IMG/VR virus record: IMGVR_UViG_3300030110_003038
Span: 1 to 59,633 of that record
Length of the DNA stretch: 59,633 nt
Direction: 5' to 3' (one strand)
Source: a virus
Taxonomy: Duplodnaviria; Caudoviricetes
Part shown: positions 37,921-48,199 of the stretch, piece by piece
How the letters are laid out: every line of letters starts with the position of its first letter
Numbering within the stretch: the stretch's first letter is position 1
Notes under the pieces: model-generated
Databases searched by the model: none
What the model was told of the DNA's origin: nothing
Seen by the model: only the letters and a program-made list of their open reading frames with translations
Position numbers and translations under genes: made by a program

Positions 37921-37951
37921 TGTATTTAATTTAATTTAATTTAATTTAAGT

Positions 37952-37992
37952 AAAAAATAAACTCTACCCCCACCCAAGTGAGGGTAAAATTT
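37952..37992 (-). terminator. Terminator after the major capsid gene
   Basis: TTACCCTCAC-TTGG-GTGGGGGTAG hairpin followed by a T-rich tail. Confidence 0.7.
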
Positions 37993-38004
37993 ATAATAAT
38001 ATAA

Positions 38005-39483
38005 TTAGTCTTGGAATAAGAAGAAGTTGTTTGCACCTAAAGTACAACAAGCTCTCTCACTCAAGAAATTCACTTCCATCTTGTCGATATTAGATGTTCT
38101 TGCACCACCAGCCGAGCCAGTTATCCAAGTTTTGTATCTTCTATCTTCAGTTTCAGAAGCTCTATATCTAACATGTAAGAATGGTCTTTTAGCATTCTTT
38201 CCTAATATTTGATCGTATACTGTAGTTGAACCAGCTGGAACTAATAGTCCATTAACTGCTCCACCAACAAGACCACCTCTCATAGTAGGATCGTTTAGAT
38301 ATTTCCAGTCAGACTTATAAAAGTCATAACCTCTTCTGAATCCTGTAAAGCCAAGATTTAAAGCCATATCTTTATCGTTATCAAATAAACCATATGATGT
38401 GCCGCCTGCTCCATAAGAGTTTTGTGCCGCTAACATATCATCAATATCAAACGAGAAGTTTCTATTTACGAAAATTACATTTTCTTCAATAGATCCTTGT
38501 TTATCAAGTCTTTGAATCACACTGTCAAATTGAGCTAAATTAGTTGGATTACCTCCACCAAATACATTACCTCTATTTTCTACAACGTGAAAAATTCCTT
38601 CAGAACCTGATTTTCCTGCAACTGATGCTCCTGCTGCTGTCCCTTGTAAGTAATCACCCGCACCTGAAGCTGCATTAACAGCATCACCCGCTGGAACTGC
38701 TTCAATCATTGCAGTTTCTAGGTAATCTTCAAATCTTAGCCTTGTTTCATGCTCAGATTTTAAATACCATAAATAACCATTTGCTCCATTTTCAGTTGTA
38801 ACTTCAATCCATCCAATCTGAGCCATATCAGAACCTGATACTTCATAGCTATCTTTGATAATAATAGGTTTATTTTCAAAAATGAAATCATCTGCTTCGT
38901 TAGAACCCACCATTCCAGCTGTTCCTTTAGCAAATTCAGAACCATAAATAAATAAGTCTACTGATCCACTAGTAAATGTAGGAAAACCTGCACCATCATA
39001 ACATGCTATAGTAACAGTTCTAGGTGCTGCTCCTGCTCCATCTGTTGGAGCTGCTGAAATAATTCCTTTAGCAGAAATTGTAGATCCCGCTACTGAACTT
39101 GAAAGCATAACTGTTTGACCTGCTCTTAAAGCTGCTAAATTAGGAGATGCTAATGCTGGATCAAAATCCCCTGCTGGAATAATGAACGCATGTGTTGCAT
39201 TTCCTGTAGTAGCTCCTGCAAATGTCAAAGCTCTATACTTATTGTGTAACCTTCCTTGTTCTGCCCATTTAATAAGATCAGAGTTTGAAGGCATCTCAGC
39301 GCCTACCATTCTTAAGAATGAAGCTACTGTTCTATTCCCGTATCTTTCGAATTCTTTTTCGTAAGTGTCAGGAAGATATTGCTGTAACCAAGTAAAGTCT
39401 GCCGAAGACAGATAATTAGTTGATACAGGCACTTGTTGTGAACTAGGTTGTAAATCGAACCCAGGTACCGCTTGTACTGCCAT
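38005..39483 (-). CDS. Major capsid protein
   Basis: Follows portal and scaffold; QQYLPD...ERYGNRT...KWAEQGRLH; strongly biased codons; downstream terminator. Confidence 0.85.
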   Translation of the reverse strand: MAVQAVPGFDLQPSSQQVPVSTNYLSSADFTWLQQYLPDTYEKEFERYGNRTVASFLRMVGAEMPSNSDLIKWAEQGRLHNKYRALTFAGATTGNATHAFIIPAGDFDPALASPNLAALRAGQTVMLSSSVAGSTISAKGIISAAPTDGAGAAPRTVTIACYDGAGFPTFTSGSVDLFIYGSEFAKGTAGMVGSNEADDFIFENKPIIIKDSYEVSGSDMAQIGWIEVTTENGANGYLWYLKSEHETRLRFEDYLETAMIEAVPAGDAVNAASGAGDYLQGTAAGASVAGKSGSEGIFHVVENRGNVFGGGNPTNLAQFDSVIQRLDKQGSIEENVIFVNRNFSFDIDDMLAAQNSYGAGGTSYGLFDNDKDMALNLGFTGFRRGYDFYKSDWKYLNDPTMRGGLVGGAVNGLLVPAGSTTVYDQILGKNAKRPFLHVRYRASETEDRRYKTWITGSAGGARTSNIDKMEVNFLSERACCTLGANNFFLFQD

Positions 39484-39504
39484 AATAATTTAAATTTTAA
39501 TTTG

Positions 39505-40695
39505 TTAAACTTTTTTAATACTTCTAATTTTAAGTCCTCTTCCACTATCTGTATTTCCTACAGCCCTTATCTTCATCCCGTCTTTTGTTACGGTTTGTTG
39601 TGCGGCATTTCTGATATCCATGTTTATGTTTTTAGATTTTCTAGAAACATTATCCACAGTAGCAGATACACCTTGGTCATAAAAAAATTGAGCAAATTTC
39701 TCAGGGTTCATAGCAACAGCTAATGAACGATGATATCCCATTGGATCAGCTACAAGACCTGTGTTTTTGTCTAAAAATTTATTAACCCAATTGTTAACAT
39801 CTCCTTGAACATTTTTAAGCTCTTCTGCTGTCCCTGGTTTAAAAGTTATATTATTATCACCTATAGTAAAGTCAAAACCTTTGAATTCACTATTGAAAAC
39901 CTCGTTTGTTTTCTGATAGAAATAATCATATTTCTTTTTATTTTGCTCTTCAATAGATTTAGATTCCTTAAGATAACTTTCATAAGCATTTAAATTTTCT
40001 TGTTGATCGTTAGATAATTGATCCCCGCTTGACTCAAGAGGTACTTTATATTTATCCTTCTGCTCATTCAAAAACTTTTTCGCTTTCGCAAGTTCTCGTT
40101 TTTTTGCTAATTTTTTCTTCTTAATATCGCGGGGCTCATCTAGTTCTTCATCAAAACTAAACTTATCCTCCATGATATCTTGAATATCTATAGCGTCTAA
40201 CCCATCTTCGGTTATGCTATAGTAACTAGCTAGTACAGAGTCATCTTCCATAGAATTGTAATCTTTCTGTAAATTATAGAAATCTGCAATTCCACGTCCA
40301 GTGTCTTTTTTGTACTTTAAATACGCAGACACATCTTCAGGTAACTCTTCGTTTGCCTCTTTTTCCGCAAACAGTTCATCAACTGAATTTATATCCTTGT
40401 TGTATCTATCTCTAATAAAAGAAAGAACGTCTTCATCATTTAACTCTGATGAGGGAGCTTCATCAATTTTCTCTGATGAGGGAGTTTCTTTTTCAACTTT
40501 TTCTTCTACTTTTTCTTCTACCTTTTCTTCTCCCTTTTCCTCTACTGTAGAAACTTTAGTTGTTTCTGTTTGCTCATTTTGTGGTTTAGATTCGCTGTCT
40601 TCAAACTTCTCTTCGTGTTTTTTTAACAACTCCTCTTCTATTTCTGCTTTGGACTTTTCTTCTTTATGCCCTAAGTCTCTTACTTTTATTTCCAT
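39505..40695 (-). CDS. Putative scaffolding protein
   Basis: Highly acidic with repetitive EEKV N-terminus; lies between portal and capsid; TAACTTTG box at 40722-40729. Confidence 0.7.
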   Translation of the reverse strand: MEIKVRDLGHKEEKSKAEIEEELLKKHEEKFEDSESKPQNEQTETTKVSTVEEKGEEKVEEKVEEKVEKETPSSEKIDEAPSSELNDEDVLSFIRDRYNKDINSVDELFAEKEANEELPEDVSAYLKYKKDTGRGIADFYNLQKDYNSMEDDSVLASYYSITEDGLDAIDIQDIMEDKFSFDEELDEPRDIKKKKLAKKRELAKAKKFLNEQKDKYKVPLESSGDQLSNDQQENLNAYESYLKESKSIEEQNKKKYDYFYQKTNEVFNSEFKGFDFTIGDNNITFKPGTAEELKNVQGDVNNWVNKFLDKNTGLVADPMGYHRSLAVAMNPEKFAQFFYDQGVSATVDNVSRKSKNINMDIRNAAQQTVTKDGMKIRAVGNTDSGRGLKIRSIKKV

Positions 40696-40755
40696 AATAT
40701 TGAATTAGATTAAATTTTAAACAAAGTTAAACAAAAAATAAATACAAAATTTAGC

Positions 40756-43191
40756 CTATCTAGGCTCAAACTCTGCTAAATCAAAACCATCAAGACTATC
40801 CTCATTAGATTCAAAGTTTATCGCTGGTAGATTTCTTTTCTTTTGTTCTATCATTTTTGAAGTTTGAGTTGACTGTTGGCTAATTCTATTGTCTTTTGCT
40901 TTTTCTCTTTCATTTTCTCTTGATTGTAAGCCTTGTTGCTCCATACCTTTTAATTGCATTTGAAACTGAAACTCTGTTTGCATCAATTGTCTTTTTAACT
41001 CAGCTTCATTTTTAAGTTTCTCTATTTCAAAACTTATTTCAGCCTGTTTAACTTGCATTTTTGATTGAGTTTCCATTTGCACTTTTTGAGCTTCTAATTG
41101 TGCTTTAGCTTGTTCTCCTTGCATTTGCATTTGAGCAGCCATTTGTTGCTCTTGCATTTTTTGTTGTTGTTCTTGTTCTTGTTTTTGTCTACGTTTTAAT
41201 TTAAGCAATTGATTAGCCATTTTAAGATTATTAATCTCTCTAATGTCTATCGCATCTTCTAAACTAATATTTTCTTTAGATAATGCCATTTGTATATTAG
41301 CCTCTAGCATTGCTTTTTCTTCTTCATCAGGTGCCATTTCTATAAATATTCCAAAATCATATATATACAAATCTTTTATTTCTTCTAAAATACCTGAGTT
41401 ATATTTTCCTATTTGCATAGCAAACTCATCTTTAAAATCTGCAAATTCTAATATATCAGCTGTCCTTATAGATAAACACTCTGCTAAAGTTTTGGTTATA
41501 AATAAACTACCATCTAATATGTGTCTTGTTGCGGTGTTGCTATTTAAAGCTGCAAGTTTTTGTACACCCACTAAAGCATTAGGATCTGGTGTAGAGCCAT
41601 CTCTAGCTTCGTTTAAACCAGTTACTGATCTAATCATATCTAAATAATGATTGTAGTTAGCTATTAACATTTGCATTTTACTAGAACCGCTATTTGCGGT
41701 AAGTTGTTGTATGGGTACTTTGGCGTTGTTAAATTCACCGTCTTGAGTAAAGCTACGCCCTACAACACTACCTGTTTGAAAATATAATCGTAATGCATCT
41801 TCTGGATTGTAAGCATTCCCTGTTCCTAAATCCACTTCATTTAATCCATCTGCATCAATAAACACACCATCAGGTACAATTCTTGAAACTACTTGTTGAA
41901 TTTTTAAATGAGTCATTTGTATTAAATCTGCAAAAGGAATCATTCTTCTGACTAAAGACTCTAACTGTCCTTTATACATTCTAGGAGCACATGCCACATA
42001 ATTAGGCATAGCAAATTGATTAGCTGATTTAGGTCTTACCATATTTTCTGCTAACTTCCATTCTAAAACAATGTTAGTTCCCATAACCATTACTCCAGTA
42101 TACCACACGTCAATTCTTTTTTCTACTTTCTCAAACTTACCTTCCTCCATCATTTCTTGTGGTGGATTAAATTGATCATCTTTCTCAACTGTTTTATAAG
42201 AACCGTCTGCTAATTTTTTTCTTTTATAAACAAAGGAATGGGTGGTTTTATAATTAAAGTATAGTAAAGTTGCAGTATCTCTATAAAACATACTGTTTTC
42301 ATAAAACTGTGAAGTATTAAAATAATTATACCACGATTGACTATACTTAGCTATTTCATTTAAATCAGCATCGGTTAATGACGGATCAATTTTAATTAAC
42401 TCTGTCATTGGAACCGTTTTAATTTCACCCCAATAAAAACAATCTTTAAAATAAGGATCTTCAGTATAACTATAAACCACATTAGCAGGATCTACATAAT
42501 CTATTTTTACTCCTTGTCCAGGTAAAAACTCATGTTTAGTAATTCCAATACCTAATGTAGTTAAATCATAATCAACTCTATTTCTAATGTCGTTATAATG
42601 ATTTTCAGAAAACAAAGTGTCAATTGCTACTTCTTGAGCTATTTCAACGGCAGGTTTATATTTCATGTTCATAAACAATTCCATTTCATCATCTGACTCA
42701 GGAAGTTCATCTGCATTTGTTTGAAAAACATTAATGCCAAATTCTGATTCTATTTCTTCAAATAAAGGTTTTGCAACAACCTCTCCCTCTATTTGTTTTT
42801 GAAACTCATTTCTTTTTTCTGCGGACATTGCATCTTCAGCATATGCTTTTACTTTAAATAATCTATCTGACATACCATTAACCACAATATCTACAAATTT
42901 AGGAATGATAGGAACAGGCGTCCAATCTAAGTTTAAATAAGACAAATCACCATCAATAGCTAATTCGTTTTTATATTTAGCAATTGACTGCTCACCTCGC
43001 GCGTACAGGCGTAAGCGCATGAATTCCCCCCATTGATCGTAAAATCTACAAGACCCATTGTCTCTTCTAAACCATTCATACTGTATTGCTTGTCCTATTT
43101 GTAAACCGTATTCTACTGTGTCTTTTGTGGAGTCTGAAACAAATTGATCAGGAAAAGCAGCAGCTTGTATATTTATTGTAACGTCTTTCAT
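40756..43191 (-). CDS. Portal protein
   Basis: PVPIIPKFVDIVVNG, VTGLNEARDG, Q-rich C-terminal barrel; follows the terminase. Confidence 0.88.
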   Translation of the reverse strand: MKDVTINIQAAAFPDQFVSDSTKDTVEYGLQIGQAIQYEWFRRDNGSCRFYDQWGEFMRLRLYARGEQSIAKYKNELAIDGDLSYLNLDWTPVPIIPKFVDIVVNGMSDRLFKVKAYAEDAMSAEKRNEFQKQIEGEVVAKPLFEEIESEFGINVFQTNADELPESDDEMELFMNMKYKPAVEIAQEVAIDTLFSENHYNDIRNRVDYDLTTLGIGITKHEFLPGQGVKIDYVDPANVVYSYTEDPYFKDCFYWGEIKTVPMTELIKIDPSLTDADLNEIAKYSQSWYNYFNTSQFYENSMFYRDTATLLYFNYKTTHSFVYKRKKLADGSYKTVEKDDQFNPPQEMMEEGKFEKVEKRIDVWYTGVMVMGTNIVLEWKLAENMVRPKSANQFAMPNYVACAPRMYKGQLESLVRRMIPFADLIQMTHLKIQQVVSRIVPDGVFIDADGLNEVDLGTGNAYNPEDALRLYFQTGSVVGRSFTQDGEFNNAKVPIQQLTANSGSSKMQMLIANYNHYLDMIRSVTGLNEARDGSTPDPNALVGVQKLAALNSNTATRHILDGSLFITKTLAECLSIRTADILEFADFKDEFAMQIGKYNSGILEEIKDLYIYDFGIFIEMAPDEEEKAMLEANIQMALSKENISLEDAIDIREINNLKMANQLLKLKRRQKQEQEQQQKMQEQQMAAQMQMQGEQAKAQLEAQKVQMETQSKMQVKQAEISFEIEKLKNEAELKRQLMQTEFQFQMQLKGMEQQGLQSRENEREKAKDNRISQQSTQTSKMIEQKKRNLPAINFESNEDSLDGFDLAEFEPR

Positions 43192-45437
43192 CTTTTAAGT
43201 AATTGACTAACTGAACTTTTATTGTTATATCTAGCAAAGTTAATGCTTATTTTTGATTGTTTTTGAACTGGAGTATACAGGTGTTTTTGATTAGACATTA
43301 TTGCTAGTCCTGAACTAATAGATGCATCAAATCTTGTTCTATTATTTATATCAAACTTTGCCCAATCTTCTAATGTTCGTTGAAAATACATGCTACCCAT
43401 TACATCTTTATCTCTATATGTTCCATCTAAATCAAGACCTATATGTTTTTCTATATATGACTCAATTGCAGATGCGTGTGATTGTTTTACATCTTCAGAG
43501 CTATTTGGTATGCCACCTAACTCTTTTTCTGTTTTTGACAACTTATTATATTTTTTATCAGGTCTGTTTAAACAGTATCCTCTATATCCTCTATTTTTAA
43601 AATGATACAACAAACGTGGTTTATTGTTTTCACATAAAATAGGCATACCATAAAAAACACAAGCCATCAAGACTTCTTCGAAAAATATTTCTGCTGTTTG
43701 AGGTCTGGCAATGTACTCAAGAAAAAACTCATTACTTGGGGCATCATCCATATTAAATTTAGTTAACCCATGCAATGATCCATTAGAACCTTTCCCAACA
43801 ACTACTCCAGAAATGTCATAAGAGTCACATCCAAAAGAGCCAAGGTGTTCGTTACCTGGTCTTCTTTGTCCCCCTCTTTCAATAACATTGTTTTGAAGCG
43901 AAGCCTTAGGGATGTAAGTTACAAAAAATCTTCCTCTTTTATTTGGGCTCCATATAACCTTAGAATCTTTAATACCATCTTTCCAATGAAACCCCCCTTG
44001 AGTTACATGATGTTGCATAATTAATGAATCATTATAATCTATCTGTTGATAAATTTTTGTTAAATTAAAAAGTGATTGTTTACTTTCATCTCTAAATGCA
44101 TGAGACTCTGATCTTGGAAATTGTCTATAAAATTCATTTAAAGCATCAGGATCTGATTTTAGTGACTCTACTTCATTCTGCCAATAATTTATAGCTCCTT
44201 GAGTAATCATTTCACCATCAATACCCATTATAGGTTTACTAGGGGTTTTTAATACAGGCATTCCATATATATCTATAAACCCTTCCATATTCCACTCCAT
44301 AGGAACAAACAAATTATACAACCCACTTTTTGTTTGCCCATTAGAATTTCTTTTCATACAATCCGAATCCTCAAATAAAGACTTAAAGTTTCTTCCTCCT
44401 TTATCTAATGCATTAGAAGTAGAACCCATCATGCATTTACCAATTACTTTACTACCTAATCGTAAACAGGTTTTAGTAACTCTCCAGTTGTTTAATATGT
44501 TTTCAGGTCTTTCCCACTTACCACTTTCATCGTGAAGTAGTAATTGTAACTTCTCACCATCATAACTGTTATCAGATGTGTTCTTCCAATCAATAGTTGT
44601 ATCTAATCCCTCTAGTTCTTCTTCATCTACCACATACATATTTTTTTTAGTAATCTTAGAAGCTGGTACACGATAGGCTAATTCTGTTTTTGGTTTATCC
44701 ATACCATCTTGTATAGGCTTAAAAAAGAAAGGATAGTTATTTGAAATAGGAACAATCTTGTCTGTAAACATTTTTTTAGCATCTGCTCCAGTTTTAGAAA
44801 GTATACCTATTCTCGAATCTTTTGTAATAGTAGCGGTATTAACACCCTCACAAGAACTCATAAAAGAAAACCCTGAACGTCTTATTTTTAAATAACACAT
44901 TCCAAAACTTCTTTTGTCAGCCTTAGATGCTTCCCAAAATATATAAAACAATCTATTAGCCTCTCTAAAGTCAGGATGCCCAACATCTATTTTAGTCCAT
45001 TGTAAATACATATAATGTGTTCCAGTAATATATGTTGGCTCACCATTATTCATAAACCAAAGGCCTTCTTCTCTTCTATCAAACTCTTGCTCAATATAAT
45101 CTACCCATTTGTTTTTAAATTGTGGAGGGGTGTCATGCCATTGAAATATAGATTGTATTTTTTTTAATTCTTTAGGCAAAACATGTGGTTCCCAATACTG
45201 TTCTTCTTTTGTTTTGTCTCGCATGTGCACGCGCGCGGGAGGCTTAGGTAAAGCTATGTTTAATCCATTAATATTTATTATTTGATCTATTTGCCCTGTT
45301 TTAGAAATAACTACAAAATCATATTTTTCATTATACCCATAAAGCCAAGTCCGAGCTCTATTCTTAGTTGCTAACACATTTTTAGGAACTATTTTATAAA
45401 GATTTTTATATAAACTATTTTGATCTTGATTCTGCAA
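43188..45437 (-). CDS. terL: Terminase large subunit
   Basis: LKIRRSGFS (Walker A variant), LLHDESGK (Walker B), MGST, nuclease FGCDSYD, RFDASIS. Confidence 0.92.
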   Translation of the reverse strand: MQNQDQNSLYKNLYKIVPKNVLATKNRARTWLYGYNEKYDFVVISKTGQIDQIININGLNIALPKPPARVHMRDKTKEEQYWEPHVLPKELKKIQSIFQWHDTPPQFKNKWVDYIEQEFDRREEGLWFMNNGEPTYITGTHYMYLQWTKIDVGHPDFREANRLFYIFWEASKADKRSFGMCYLKIRRSGFSFMSSCEGVNTATITKDSRIGILSKTGADAKKMFTDKIVPISNNYPFFFKPIQDGMDKPKTELAYRVPASKITKKNMYVVDEEELEGLDTTIDWKNTSDNSYDGEKLQLLLHDESGKWERPENILNNWRVTKTCLRLGSKVIGKCMMGSTSNALDKGGRNFKSLFEDSDCMKRNSNGQTKSGLYNLFVPMEWNMEGFIDIYGMPVLKTPSKPIMGIDGEMITQGAINYWQNEVESLKSDPDALNEFYRQFPRSESHAFRDESKQSLFNLTKIYQQIDYNDSLIMQHHVTQGGFHWKDGIKDSKVIWSPNKRGRFFVTYIPKASLQNNVIERGGQRRPGNEHLGSFGCDSYDISGVVVGKGSNGSLHGLTKFNMDDAPSNEFFLEYIARPQTAEIFFEEVLMACVFYGMPILCENNKPRLLYHFKNRGYRGYCLNRPDKKYNKLSKTEKELGGIPNSSEDVKQSHASAIESYIEKHIGLDLDGTYRDKDVMGSMYFQRTLEDWAKFDINNRTRFDASISSGLAIMSNQKHLYTPVQKQSKISINFARYNNKSSVSQLLKR

Positions 45438-45690
45438 AGCCTTTAGGTGTATTATTTTTAACTATATCATTTCCTTCTATTAACTGCTTCTCTTCTTCGA
45501 TTCGCTTTAATATTTCGAATGCATCAAAGATAGCAAGTTTTTTTGTAGCAGCTGCATTTTTTAATCTGTCAGCGGCTAACTCATCATCTTTATCGTATTT
45601 AATAATATCCTCTTTAGCCACCTTAATCAGTTGAGTAACTGCTTTTTCGCCAGCTTTTATTATTTCTTCTTTTATTTTTTTTATATCCAT
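45415..45690 (-). CDS. Putative terminase small subunit
   Basis: Small helical protein overlapping the TerL start. Confidence 0.45.
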   Translation of the reverse strand: MDIKKIKEEIIKAGEKAVTQLIKVAKEDIIKYDKDDELAADRLKNAAATKKLAIFDAFEILKRIEEEKQLIEGNDIVKNNTPKGFAESRSK

Positions 45691-46256
45691 TATACCACCA
45701 TTGTTATATTATCAGTAAACATACGATATAATTTTTCTTCATCTATATAAAACTCATATTCGCTTTCTGGAGTAAATGTTATTTGATCTCCTTCTTTTAC
45801 TCCTAAACTTTTTAGTTGTTTGTTAGAGTATTTTAATATACCATGTAAGGGTTCTTCTTTAATATTAACACCTTCAATATAATAATCTTTTTTTGGAATA
45901 GGTTTTACAAAACAATACTTATCATGACCGTACCATTTACCCTTTTTGTTATATAAAAAAAACTGATCGTAATCAATAAAAAACAAGTCATCTTTAAAAA
46001 AACTTTTACCGCTTTTTTCTCTTCCTTTCATATCAAAATAAAACTTAAAAACATTATGGTGTACTAATAATATATCACCTTTATCAATATCTCCAGTATA
46101 GTTTAAAGGAACAGAAACAACTTTAGCAAATCTATTAGATGCTTTATGATCTTCTTTAGAAACACTAGTTATAAAATCTACACCTCCGATATCTTTTATA
46201 TTATCGTACCTTCTACCTTTAACTGGTTGTACAATAAAAGAATAAGGAGATTGCAT
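45690..46256 (-). CDS. GroES-like (possibly tandem) protein
   Basis: Two segments resembling the GroES fold: FIVQP...AKVVSVP...IDKGDILLV and FVKPI...GILKY...VKEGDQITF...EEKLYRM. Confidence 0.5.
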   Translation of the reverse strand: MQSPYSFIVQPVKGRRYDNIKDIGGVDFITSVSKEDHKASNRFAKVVSVPLNYTGDIDKGDILLVHHNVFKFYFDMKGREKSGKSFFKDDLFFIDYDQFFLYNKKGKWYGHDKYCFVKPIPKKDYYIEGVNIKEEPLHGILKYSNKQLKSLGVKEGDQITFTPESEYEFYIDEEKLYRMFTDNITMVV

Positions 46257-46480
46257 TAAAAATCTAAATTATATTCTACTGAAATAGGAAGCGTGGTTTT
46301 AAACTCTTTCCACATTATAAGCTCTTCATTTCTTTCTATCCAAATTTTAAAAGAATTTGATACAGGATCACTTTGTATTAAATGTATGTGATATCTCCCA
46401 TTAAGAACTTCTTGCCCTACAATATAATGCATGGCTCCAGACTTATAGTCTGCTCCTATGGAAATTTTTCTAATATCCAT
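46256..46480 (-). CDS. Hypothetical protein (74 aa)
   Basis: ORF track; coupled to the GroES-like gene. Confidence 0.8.
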   Translation of the reverse strand: MDIRKISIGADYKSGAMHYIVGQEVLNGRYHIHLIQSDPVSNSFKIWIERNEELIMWKEFKTTLPISVEYNLDF

Positions 46481-46489
46481 TTTATTTAA

Positions 46490-47020
46490 TTAAAATGTAG
46501 AATTTAACTTTAAAGTCTGATAAGTAATCTTAATATACATAACCCCATTTCCTGCTGGTGTGCCGCCAGTCGTTCCTGAGCCTGTTAAAACCAAAGGGGT
46601 GTTTTCAGGAATAGCCTGTGATCCTCCATTAAAAATAGGAAGAACAATATCTGTGGCAGAATTAAAGGTTGCCATAGCTATGTTTCCTGTTGAATATGTG
46701 CCTACCGCTGTACTCGCATTTCCATCAAAACCATATGCAACACTTCCTGCGTCCATAAAAAGAATAATGTTTTTAATATTTAAAACATATCCTGATCCTG
46801 GAGCCGCTATTAATGTAAGGGGTTGGGTCCATAATGCATTTAATAATACAGAGGAAACGGTAACAGTAACTGTAGTGTCAGCTAATCCAAATAAAGATTG
46901 AACAGATTCTAAAGTACAAGTTTTGGTAGATAAGTCATCATTAGCATCTGTCAATACAAAGTAATCTGATAATACAGGATCGATGTTAGGATAGATGCTA
47001 GTGTTACTTATTCTTGCCAT
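46490..47020 (-). CDS. Putative virion structural protein
   Basis: MARISN start; TLIAAPGSG beta-rich domain. Confidence 0.6.
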   Translation of the reverse strand: MARISNTSIYPNIDPVLSDYFVLTDANDDLSTKTCTLESVQSLFGLADTTVTVTVSSVLLNALWTQPLTLIAAPGSGYVLNIKNIILFMDAGSVAYGFDGNASTAVGTYSTGNIAMATFNSATDIVLPIFNGGSQAIPENTPLVLTGSGTTGGTPAGNGVMYIKITYQTLKLNSTF

Positions 47021-47277
47021 TATTTTACTTCTTCTACAGGTTGTGCTTCTTCAACTTTTTCTTTAATATCACCTGTTGCTAAATCAATAGAAACATCTTT
47101 ACCATACTTTTCCATTAGATTTTTTTCATCAACTTTAAATGCAGATCTAAGATCATCCATTTGAGATAACAATTCTTTTTGTTGTAATAATGAATCAGCA
47201 ATTGCTAATTTAGTTTTGGTGAACTCTTGGTTCATTCCTTGAAGTCTTTTTAATTCTTCTTCTGTAATTTTTGCCAT
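47020..47277 (-). CDS. Coiled-coil hypothetical protein
   Basis: EKYGKDVSIDLATG; TATATTTG box at 47308-47315. Confidence 0.8.
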   Translation of the reverse strand: MAKITEEELKRLQGMNQEFTKTKLAIADSLLQQKELLSQMDDLRSAFKVDEKNLMEKYGKDVSIDLATGDIKEKVEEAQPVEEVK

Positions 47278-47326
47278 TGTATTTAATTTAATTTAAGTTA
47301 TAAAAAACAAATATAATAAAATATTA

Positions 47327-47716
47327 TTATTCTTCCTCTACTGGTGGAGTAGGTGGATTTTGCCATGTAAAATATAAATCTTCATTTACAGGGCTTATTT
47401 CTACTGCAATCTGTTCATCTAATGATTTTTTCATTGCATCAACATCTAAAGCTCCATCTAACCATCCAATAACCACATCTTCAAATGCTTCAGTATTTTC
47501 ATAAGGAACAAACGGATCTCCTTTTACATATGTAAATCCTTGTGCTCCAATACTAGAGGCACTATAATAAACATCTGTACCAGGCATTTTTTCACTAGAA
47601 GTAGCAGTATACGTCCAATGCACTGTGTAAATCACATTTGATTCCCCTTCTGCTTGAATATGAGCATTCATTTGATTAATTGTCCAAGAATAGGTGTTAG
47701 TTGATTTTTTTGCCAT
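47327..47716 (-). CDS. Tail-fibre-associated hypothetical protein
   Basis: YSWTI...VIYTVHW...FVPYE...VIGW pattern next to fibre genes; TATATTTG box at 47733-47740. Confidence 0.7.
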   Translation of the reverse strand: MAKKSTNTYSWTINQMNAHIQAEGESNVIYTVHWTYTATSSEKMPGTDVYYSASSIGAQGFTYVKGDPFVPYENTEAFEDVVIGWLDGALDVDAMKKSLDEQIAVEISPVNEDLYFTWQNPPTPPVEEE

Positions 47717-47758
47717 AATCTTTTATTTTATACAAATATAGATAATTTAATTTTTATA

Positions 47759-48196
47759 TTAACAAGTGTTTACGTTTCCATGAAGTTCTCCATTTCCTAA
47801 TATTAATCTTGTATACTTATTTGTGTCAAACTTATAATACCCGTTAGATAGTGGGTTGTTTCCTGCGCTATCGGAATATAAAAAATCTCCTACCGTAGGT
47901 TGAGCACCACTGCCTGAGTGATAATACGTTTGATCTATAGCTTCAGAACAAACCCCATTAAAATTAGAAGTTACAGAAGAAGCATATGCAGTTAATGTAG
48001 CATATGTCTTTCCATAAAATTCTGAATAAGCATGAGGAGAGGATTGGTTAACTCCAGAATCTTCATATATCTTTACAAGTGATCCTGCTTGTGGTGTTGA
48101 GCTTGTTCCTGATAATGGAGCATTAGCCGTTCCTGATCTGTTTGCTTCTTGATTTATATCGTTAGCGCTTATTGCTCCTGCTGTTGGTAGTGTCAT
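47759..48196 (-). CDS. Fibre-tip accessory protein with one Cys-rich repeat
   Basis: MTLPTAGAIS...SEFYG N-terminus plus a YYHSGSGAQPTVGD module. Confidence 0.7.
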   Translation of the reverse strand: MTLPTAGAISANDINQEANRSGTANAPLSGTSSTPQAGSLVKIYEDSGVNQSSPHAYSEFYGKTYATLTAYASSVTSNFNGVCSEAIDQTYYHSGSGAQPTVGDFLYSDSAGNNPLSNGYYKFDTNKYTRLILGNGELHGNVNTC

Positions 48197-48199
48197 AAT

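Noticed and set aside
40444-40485. Two CTGATGAG hammerhead-core-like words
   Set aside because: Antisense to a PSSE peptide repeat in the scaffold gene; no GAAA or supporting stems.
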